Both the position numbers and the translations under genes were made by a program. Below, in pieces: positions 57,113-64,000 of a DNA stretch of 64,000 nucleotides (position 1 is its first letter; the number at the start of each line of letters is the position of its first letter). The stretch comes from Cyanidioschyzon merolae. Its lineage: Eukaryota. The notes under the pieces are model-generated. The model was not told the origin of the DNA. It made no database searches and worked only from the letters and a program-made list of their open reading frames with translations. The stretch is taken from the NCBI GenBank assembly GCA_000091205.1, contig AP006502.2. The stretch is one strand, 5' to 3'.

Positions 57113-58313
57113 GATTAGGGAAACAATCCAGCGAGTGATGCACTAAGCCAAATACCGCAACGTGCGTGTAGTTTCCCAGGCAAAGACTCTGAGTTTGACA
57201 CAGTGTCCGACTTTTCAAATGCGCTCCTTGCTCGTGAAACACAGCCCAAGGCGCTCACAGACAAGCTTCCAAGTGGTCTCCCAACAGCGTACTCGTCTGT
57301 GTACAGCGTACAATCAACAACGTTTTGAAACAGGGACACATAACGTCGAACTGGAGCAGTGCCGTTCCCGCCTTGTGCTGCACGCATGCATGACGCGTGG
57401 ACACGGATCAGTCCGATACGTGCATTGTGCTGTCGATCGATTTTTTTCGATGAAAAGAACGTTCCATGGACCACGGGATACCAGCGTGCGTAATGGATAT
57501 TGAAATAAACGGAAGCGCTCAATGTTCTTCACTCTACCTCCAAGTTGCATCACTTTTACTTCCTTTCGGATGCGATGGCCGTTTTGTACGTTGTATCGTG
57601 CGCCGAGTGCCTGCCTTGCTGCATGCGTGATAGCAGTTATGCCGCCGGTGCAGATGCAGCACGGGCACAGAACGGCTTTGCCAGATCACTGAGGGCATCG
57701 GATCGCGGGACGCTTCACCTGATACGAAGTCGGAATACGTAATCATTCTGGGGGCTTGAAAACTGGGCAGGCAGATGTTCTTTATGCGGCAGCGGGAAGC
57801 GATGTACTAGGATTCCAACCCGACCAAGGCGATGCCCAGACACAGGATACCCGCTCCTAATCCCAGAATAAACTGTGACGAGGCGGTGAAGGACCTCACG
57901 AATCTGAAGAACCATTTGACAATGAACCTCGAACGTTTCATGATACGCGCCGTGTTTGTGCTGTATCCGGGTGTCTCTTGCAAAGGAATATGGGCGATTA
58001 TCAATGGCATCATGAACGATCGATAGTATAAAGATGAGATCGAATTCGTCGACAAGACGACATCACGCAGGAGCACAAATGAAGCTTCCGTAATCTGTGC
58101 GGTTATACAGGAGCACTGCGCAGTCTTGGGGCTGGCGAATCGAGCAGGAAGGATATCAGAGTTGAAAAAGATAAGGAAAGACACTATCGCCTCGTCCTGC
58201 GCAATTTTGTGTTTCTGGACCGAGAACTCGAATGCAAGGCGGAGATGAAGCCTAATGAGGAAAACATGAAGAGTGGGAGAGACGGAAGGCGTCCCTAATG
58301 GGTAAGCGCTTCA

Positions 58314-59597
58314 ATGGCGTTCTGTTGTGCAACATCAAGTCACATTTTTGTGACTATCGACTCCAGAATCCTACATGGCATCATGAGGGAGAACAGTCCG
58401 GAGTTCGATGTTAGCAGGGAGAACTTCACCGGTGAAAACCGGGAGACGTACTGGAAGAATATCTTCGATTTCAGATGTCTCAAAACAAGCAAGAAAAAGA
58501 ACTTCACTGAGATGATCGAAACCGATGGAGTAGCCATGTGTGTACACCATCGGCGCTTGAAGGCAGATCGTCCAGTTCCGCTCTCGACTTCGCCCTCGGC
58601 GAAGCATGAACATGAGTAGAGGACGGATCCTGCCACTCAGAAAGTGCAGGATCACGACCTTGTCGTTGGCGCAGCGGAGCATGAAGATGAGAAGGAGGCG
58701 GGTCTTGAGAAGCAGAAAGTGCAGGATGACGACTTTGTCGTTGGCGCAGACCCCCGAAACACAAATATCATAACGATCGCTGTACCTAAGCGTGCGGAAG
58801 ATGGCATTGACGGCAACTTATGTCAGAAAGACATACGTCTTTTGAGGTTCTCTAGAGCAAGATACTATCGAGAATCGGGAACCATGAATGCAAGGAAGAA
58901 AATCGACACATGGAATGGAGGAATGAAGGGTCACCTGGGAGCTTTGAGCGAAGTGACGAGCCGAGGAGCGGACTTTCGAGCTTTTCGGAAATTCATGGAG
59001 GTTCGCGTTGCTCATTGGGAGGTGCTGTGGAAAGAGTATACAAAGCCCCGGTCGGCTCGTTTGCGAATGAATCTATACAGTGGGAAGCAGCGGGCGTTTG
59101 CCAACTTTTTCAATCAGTTGAGTGCCTTGAAGGAGGACGAGAGTCAAAGGCTCGTAGTAGCGTATGGGACAGCGCACTGGGCGCCCAAGAAAGGCACTAA
59201 GCCAGCTCCAACGACAAGAACTTACGAGGAGTGCGCAAGGCGTTTTGTTACGATACCTATAGATGAGTTTCGAACATTGTATACACACCATGAGCTGGGG
59301 TGTATACTTCAAAGGGTCGAGATGGAAAAGAGCCAGTAGAGCCCTGAAGTTATAAAAAAGTACGGAGCACTGACGGAAGACCAAATGGAAAGGAGGGCGA
59401 GAGTTCGAGGATTGCTTGCACTAGTGAGTACAACTACCAGTGGCAAGAAACGCATGGAGTTTGTGAACCGCGAATTCAATGCCGCAATCAATATAAGGAA
59501 ATGTGCGGTGCTGGAGAAGAGACCTCCAGAGTTGGCGAGAGAGAATTTTGTTGGACAATCTCTCAAAGTCGAACTATATGAGAAAAAGTTGGAATAA
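58314..59597 (+). pseudogene. TnpB/Fanzor-like (OMEGA-family RuvC) nuclease gene remnant; one reading frame with two in-frame TAG codons
   Basis: One frame contains three ORF pieces: 58314-58619, 58644-59339 and 59385-59597. RuvC-I-like '[18 protein letters not shown]' lies at ~58734-58790. 'FVTIPIDEFRTLYTHHELGC' at ~59240-59305 resembles the TnpB 'V.VDP.YTSQ.CS.CG' block with cysteines lost. RuvC-III-like 'KRMEFVNREFNAAINI' at 59451-59495 matches 'R.F.C..CG...RD.NAA.NI' but with C to M/V and D to E changes. The in-frame TAGs are at 58617-58619 and 59337-59339. Confidence 0.6.
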
Positions 59598-59994
59598 GTG
59601 GTGTGTGGCCGGTCCAAACAGGTTGCGAGGCGTCTGCACAACTGTCGGAGACGTTCTGTCTAGGGCGGGCTCCTCGCCACTACTGTACACCGCTGGCGGA
59701 AACGTTTTTCTTTTGAAAAGCGTTCGTTGTTGGCTTTGGTGAGCTCAAGCTTTGACTATCATTTGTTGAATAACCAAATTAAAACCAGTGAGTGGATCGT
59801 GTGCTCCAGTGGAAAACACCGTGCTCCACTGTTGGTTGCTTACGCGCCTCACTCTGAGGAGGCCGTGCATTTCAGGAGCGATCCGTCCCCTGCTGCTACA
59901 GAGCGCATAACGCCGTGACCTCCCGACGAGGCACTGACAAGGTTAGTGTACAAGTTCCAGGATCCGAGCAGCACCAGACGGCAACGCGCTACAA

Positions 59995-62253
59995 ATGCCA
60001 AAGCAAAAGCTTAAGCTGCCGCGTGGGCCGCAAGGCCGGCTTCCATCATCCTCTACTGATCCAAACCGAGGTAACCGCATACCTGGAGGTGGCGGTTGGG
60101 GTCGAAGTCGCGCTACCGTTAAACGAATACGGATGTATGCTCGTCCCGCTTATGAGCGAGACCGCAACGGACGCATCCAGCATGATCGTGGCGACCTGAC
60201 GAGTTCGGTCGTGAAAGAACCCGGTGCGGGTCGAATCGCTCCAAATCGTCGTTGGTTTGGAAATACTCGTACAATTGACCAGGAGAGTCTCCAGACTTTT
60301 CGAGAGAGCATTTCAGGTGCAGAGCGCGATCCATACACGATAGTTCTGAGACAACGGCATCTACCGTGGACGCTCATCAAGGAAGGCATGGAAGCGAGAG
60401 ACGTTGAACGTTTTGAACATGCCGCAGGCAGGGCAAACCTGCGGTCGCATGCATTGGCGGAAGGCTCGGAAATGACAAGGGGAGTACGGTTCAAGTCCTC
60501 TCAGGCGCTGCTTCGTTTGGAGCCTTTCGCTGAAACATTTCACCAACGTCGCTGGAGAAAGCGACCGCGAATCGCCTTCGATAGTATAGAAGAACTGGCG
60601 GAAAGCGTTCGAGATACTGCCACAACTGCAGCCGCGGCCGCCGGTGCTGCTCAAGCCACCACTGCGGAGCCTGGCGCTGGCAGCGAAGAGCCGAGACCCG
60701 AGGCAGGCCCAGATACATTGCGATCACGCAGTCTGCCTCCAGTACCAGGAGCCGAACGGTCTACAGCAGGTTCATTGAAACAGCTTGCCTCGGAGCAGGT
60801 TCCTGAGCGCAGCATCGATGCACTGGGCAAGACGGCGTACACGAAAGGCCAAAGCCACCGCATCTGGTCGGAGTTGTACAAAGTCATAGATGCTTCCGAC
60901 GTGGTGCTGTTCGTGCTCGATGCTCGGGATCCACTCGGCACCCGTATACCGCTCATTGAAAATATGCTCCGCAAAGAGCATGCTCACAAACACTTGGCTT
61001 TCGTTCTGAACAAGTGCGACCTGGTGCCAAAACATGTCACTGCTGTCTGGTTACGTCTCCTGAGCCGTGAGTATCCCACCGTTGTTTTTCGTGCAAATGA
61101 CTGCAAACGCGCATTCGGGCGTGGAGCGCTCCTACAGCTACTCCGGCAGTTCGCGCGCCTGCATCGCAAAGATCGCCAGTCCATCACCTGCGGTCTCGTG
61201 GGCTACCCTAACGTTGGCAAATCGTCCATCATCAATGCTTTGCGGAAGGAGAAGGTGGTGCGAGCCGCCCCTATTCCCGGAGAGACCAAAGTCTGGCAAT
61301 ATGTAACCCTTTTCCGTCGTGTGTACCTCGTTGACTGCCCAGGGGTGGTGCACGCGCGCCTCGCTGGACACATGGACGTCTCTGACATGGTGCTTCGCGG
61401 TGTTGTTCGGATTGAGAGCCTCCGCGATGATGCGGAGCGGCATATACCGCGTCTGCTTGAACGAGTCAACCGACATCATCTCGAAGCTGTTTACCGAGTG
61501 AGCCTGGATGGATGCGACGCCGACGGTTTTCTCGACGCTATCGCCCGGGCTCGCGGCAAACTTCTTCCTGGCGGTGAGCCCGATCGCAACGCTGCAGCCA
61601 AACTGCTCATTCATGATTTCATTCTGGGTCGACTGCAATGGTACGTCGCACCGCCGGCGATGCCCTCCTCAGTGGCGAAGGCAAACGCAGTGCTCTCTCT
61701 GGACGGCAGCGCTCGCGCCTCTGTCATTGGTACGAACGCGGTTGAGGTGTCGTCCGCTGGCGACGATCGGAACTCGCAAATGCAACGCCATACAGGGAGC
61801 AATGCTGGCGTCTCGAGTCCCGGATCAGAAGCGCTTGACATGGACGAAAGACGAGCCCACTCTGGATCAGCGGCCACCCGCCCGCTGGTAGATGGAGCTG
61901 ATCTGCTCCTGCACGATCTACTAGCCGAACAGAGTTTCGATGAAGATGATGAGGCTCCTGAGGCGCTGTCTGTGTTTACGACAACGAATACTAGCCGAGA
62001 TACCAGCGCTGGAACGCAGTTCACACCGGATGCAGCGGATAGTACTGCGGGGACATCGTCACCAGTCCGAGTCTCTGAAACTGCCGAGCGGTCCATCCGA
62101 AAAGCCCGGAAAAAGTCAACATCAACGCGATCGAAGCGGCGTGCAGGTCGTCTTTCCAAGCGGTTGCGTCGGCTGGCAGAGTGGAATACGGAGCCCGTGC
62201 TGCAGGCAAATCTCCAACGGACATTGCAGAAAACCGAGCCCAGGGTCCATTAA
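59995..62253 (+). CDS. NOG2: nucleolar GTP-binding protein 2 (NOG2/GNL2, circularly permuted YlqF/YawG GTPase)
   Basis: The N-terminal NGP1 motif is 'NRIPGGGGWGRSRATVKRIRMY'. The GTPase motif order is permuted: G4 'VLNKCDLVP' precedes G1 'GYPNVGKSSIINAL' and G3 'YLVDCPGVV'. It has a basic C-terminal tail. Confidence 0.9.
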   Translation: MPKQKLKLPRGPQGRLPSSSTDPNRGNRIPGGGGWGRSRATVKRIRMYARPAYERDRNGRIQHDRGDLTSSVVKEPGAGRIAPNRRWFGNTRTIDQESLQTFRESISGAERDPYTIVLRQRHLPWTLIKEGMEARDVERFEHAAGRANLRSHALAEGSEMTRGVRFKSSQALLRLEPFAETFHQRRWRKRPRIAFDSIEELAESVRDTATTAAAAAGAAQATTAEPGAGSEEPRPEAGPDTLRSRSLPPVPGAERSTAGSLKQLASEQVPERSIDALGKTAYTKGQSHRIWSELYKVIDASDVVLFVLDARDPLGTRIPLIENMLRKEHAHKHLAFVLNKCDLVPKHVTAVWLRLLSREYPTVVFRANDCKRAFGRGALLQLLRQFARLHRKDRQSITCGLVGYPNVGKSSIINALRKEKVVRAAPIPGETKVWQYVTLFRRVYLVDCPGVVHARLAGHMDVSDMVLRGVVRIESLRDDAERHIPRLLERVNRHHLEAVYRVSLDGCDADGFLDAIARARGKLLPGGEPDRNAAAKLLIHDFILGRLQWYVAPPAMPSSVAKANAVLSLDGSARASVIGTNAVEVSSAGDDRNSQMQRHTGSNAGVSSPGSEALDMDERRAHSGSAATRPLVDGADLLLHDLLAEQSFDEDDEAPEALSVFTTTNTSRDTSAGTQFTPDAADSTAGTSSPVRVSETAERSIRKARKKSTSTRSKRRAGRLSKRLRRLAEWNTEPVLQANLQRTLQKTEPRVH

Positions 62254-63502
62254 ACGAGTACAGAGTGAGAGCAGTACCATTTAAGAGATTGTAGAACCTT
62301 AATTTCAGTGGGCCTGAGTTACGGAACACCATAATCGTTTATCGCTAGCAACTGCTGGGGGGCTCGTTTCTGGTGTATATATATCTATGGCGCACCAGCT
62401 TTGCTGGAATGCCGAACCGTACCAAACCATACCATACAAGTGCGTTGCTCCAAGCGAGAATCCAATACCCTTTCCCTTGGCCTCTGAAAGAGTTCAGTCC
62501 AAGCCCATAGCTTTTCCGCAGGATGCGCATACTGAGCATCACACGATTCCCTCGAAAAGTTCGGTCGAAACAACGCTGTCAGACGCTCGGGCAGCACGAG
62601 GCATTTCCGCATTGTGACCGCGATGTTGTCGTTTCTGTGCATATATATCGCTTTGGCTCATGGTTGCTCGTGGAATTACACGATACCAAGCATCTCAGTT
62701 GTGTTTTCCTCGTCATCCAACGTTCGCCCAGAGCTTACCTTACACCATCTCGTGTGTGCGTCTCCGTTTTGCGTCCCTTGCCTCTACTCGTTTCATCTTG
62801 AACTCGTGCTCGTAATACGCGCGTGCTAGCCTGGAAGAATCGATGGGAATCATACAGAATAGATTCCCGCACTTATCATACACTTCCGTGGAAGGAGCAG
62901 AAGTGCTGGCCTTGCGCGTCACAGCACGCTCTGCGAAGCGCGCTACCTCCAAACGAAGCGACTTGTCGATCGTTTCCTTTCCCAAATTGCTGAACGAGAT
63001 GAAGAATGCATGTTTCTTGTTGCGATTCATCGGAAACCGTTGAATACGCTTGCACGGTCCCATATACTCCTGTAAAATGTCGTCTGCAAGCACCAGGTGG
63101 ACGCTCAGTTCTCTTCTGCATGAATTGCCAAAAGTTTTCTTGTGTTCGATAAGGGTCTCAGTGCCTCAATGCGGGTCTTGAAGCAGTTATTCCACGAGTT
63201 AGTATGCCTGCCGACGTCCATCATGCCCGCTCTTCTATAATACTGGGCCCCGGAGAAGTTCAGCAGTTTCACCAGATTATCGCTCTAGTCTTTTGCTCGG
63301 TCCAATTGATTTTGGGGTACGGCGACGGCTACAAAGACTTTTAGCGGAAGTTCAGGCCCACGAATAAGACTTCCTCTATATCTACCCTGAACTACTGAAA
63401 AAGAATCTCGTAGCTCGATTCATGCGAAGTATTTGAAAAGTGCATGCAGATTCATGTTCCGTAGGCCTCCATGCTCGATGTAAACCTCTTTCCATTTCCT
63501 TG

Positions 63503-63982
63503 CTATAAGAGCGAGACCTTGGACGCGCTCCGCAAACGCTCTTCGCAAAGTTCTGGAAATGCTTTAATCATGTTCGCAGAGGCTAGTTGCTGTTCACTCC
63601 GTAGGACATGCAGTACAGAAGTGCATATACTGAGATAGAGGGTCTTGATTGGACATTTGGAAGCCAAGCGGAACACAGTTTTGTCGTGCCGACGGCGCTC
63701 GGATGCGAGAAGCGTTCGTCGCTCATGAAGGCGCAATGCAAGATAAGACAGTGGCGCGAAATGTACTCCAGGTATCGCGTTTCGACCATCCTTGGAATAC
63801 GATGTTTTTCGGTCCGCATCCGAGAACAATACGATGAGTTTGATCGATCGTTTTCTTCTGGACGCTTTTTCCGAATTCGCCACCATCAGCTCTTCCATCA
63901 GTCCCGACTTTTCTGTTTGAGTGTGATGAGGCTGGGACAGTGATAGAGCGGTAATTATGAAGAGTTGGATATTGAGCCGCAT
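63503..63982 (-). CDS. hypothetical small protein with signal-peptide-like N-terminus (159 aa)
   Basis: The N-terminus 'MRLNIQLFIITALSLSQP' is a classic hydrophobic h-region followed by a polar stretch. It sits in a lower-GC tail of the window. No RxLR, LFLAK or other effector motif was seen. Confidence 0.25.
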   Translation of the reverse strand: MRLNIQLFIITALSLSQPHHTQTEKSGLMEELMVANSEKASRRKRSIKLIVLFSDADRKTSYSKDGRNAIPGVHFAPLSYLALRLHERRTLLASERRRHDKTVFRLASKCPIKTLYLSICTSVLHVLRSEQQLASANMIKAFPELCEERLRSASKVSLL

Positions 63983-64000
63983 ATTGTTTTCGGTATCGAG

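Noticed and set aside
58314-59597. Possibility that TAG is a reassigned sense codon, making the Fanzor-like frame intact
   Set aside because: Other well-supported genes in the window terminate normally, and their long ORFs contain no internal TAG needing reassignment, so genome-wide TAG reassignment is not supported; pseudogenisation or introns are more parsimonious.
62740-63093. 117-aa minus-strand ORF (Lys/Arg-rich C-terminus) as a possible small nuclear protein gene
   Set aside because: No motif is recognisable and it is short; left unannotated.

Overview
This is a GC-rich, gene-dense window that looks like eukaryotic nuclear DNA. The long ORFs are uninterrupted, housekeeping proteins carry organelle-type N-terminal extensions, and a poly-Gln tract is encoded by CAG/CAA runs. 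The gene set includes HslU, an IPC-synthase-like PAP2 enzyme and CNNM, which fits a stramenopile/oomycete-like or other protist genome, but the taxon cannot be assigned from sequence alone. I read the sequence by eye and did no database searches.

The genes I can recognise with confidence are: a CNNM/DUF21-CBS metal transporter, ATP sulfurylase, PRPP synthetase, an exosome RNase-PH subunit, a large SND1/Tudor-SN-like protein, glyoxalase II, a GGQ (ICT1-like) peptidyl-tRNA hydrolase, an inorganic pyrophosphatase fused to an FBPase-like domain, an ABC-type protein with a degenerate ATPase domain, a DAGK-type lipid kinase, HslU, an AUR1/IPC-synthase-like PAP2 protein and the nucleolar GTPase NOG2. 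Several long orphan ORFs (918, 805, 456 and 272 aa) have no family I can name.

The most interesting locus is 58314-59597, a ~1.3 kb single-frame reading window next to NOG2. It carries TnpB/Fanzor (OMEGA-family RuvC nuclease) hallmarks: a RuvC-I-like '[16 protein letters not shown]' motif, a 'YTHHELGC' remnant of the YTSQxCSxCG zinc-finger motif, and a RuvC-III-like 'NREFNAAINI'. It is interrupted by two in-frame TAG codons, has lost the zinc-finger cysteines and has Asp replaced by Glu in RuvC-III, so it is probably a decaying Fanzor-like element rather than an active one. Its 3' flank is a candidate omegaRNA/right-end region.

Other structural features: a 108-bp-unit minisatellite of about 7 copies directly upstream of the ABC gene; a pair of ~1.2 kb ~97%-identical direct repeats 5.09 kb apart enclosing orphan ORFs; a ~280 bp GT-rich alternating purine-pyrimidine tract; and several microsatellites. 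I found no CRISPR array and no convincing tRNA, rRNA or snRNA genes.
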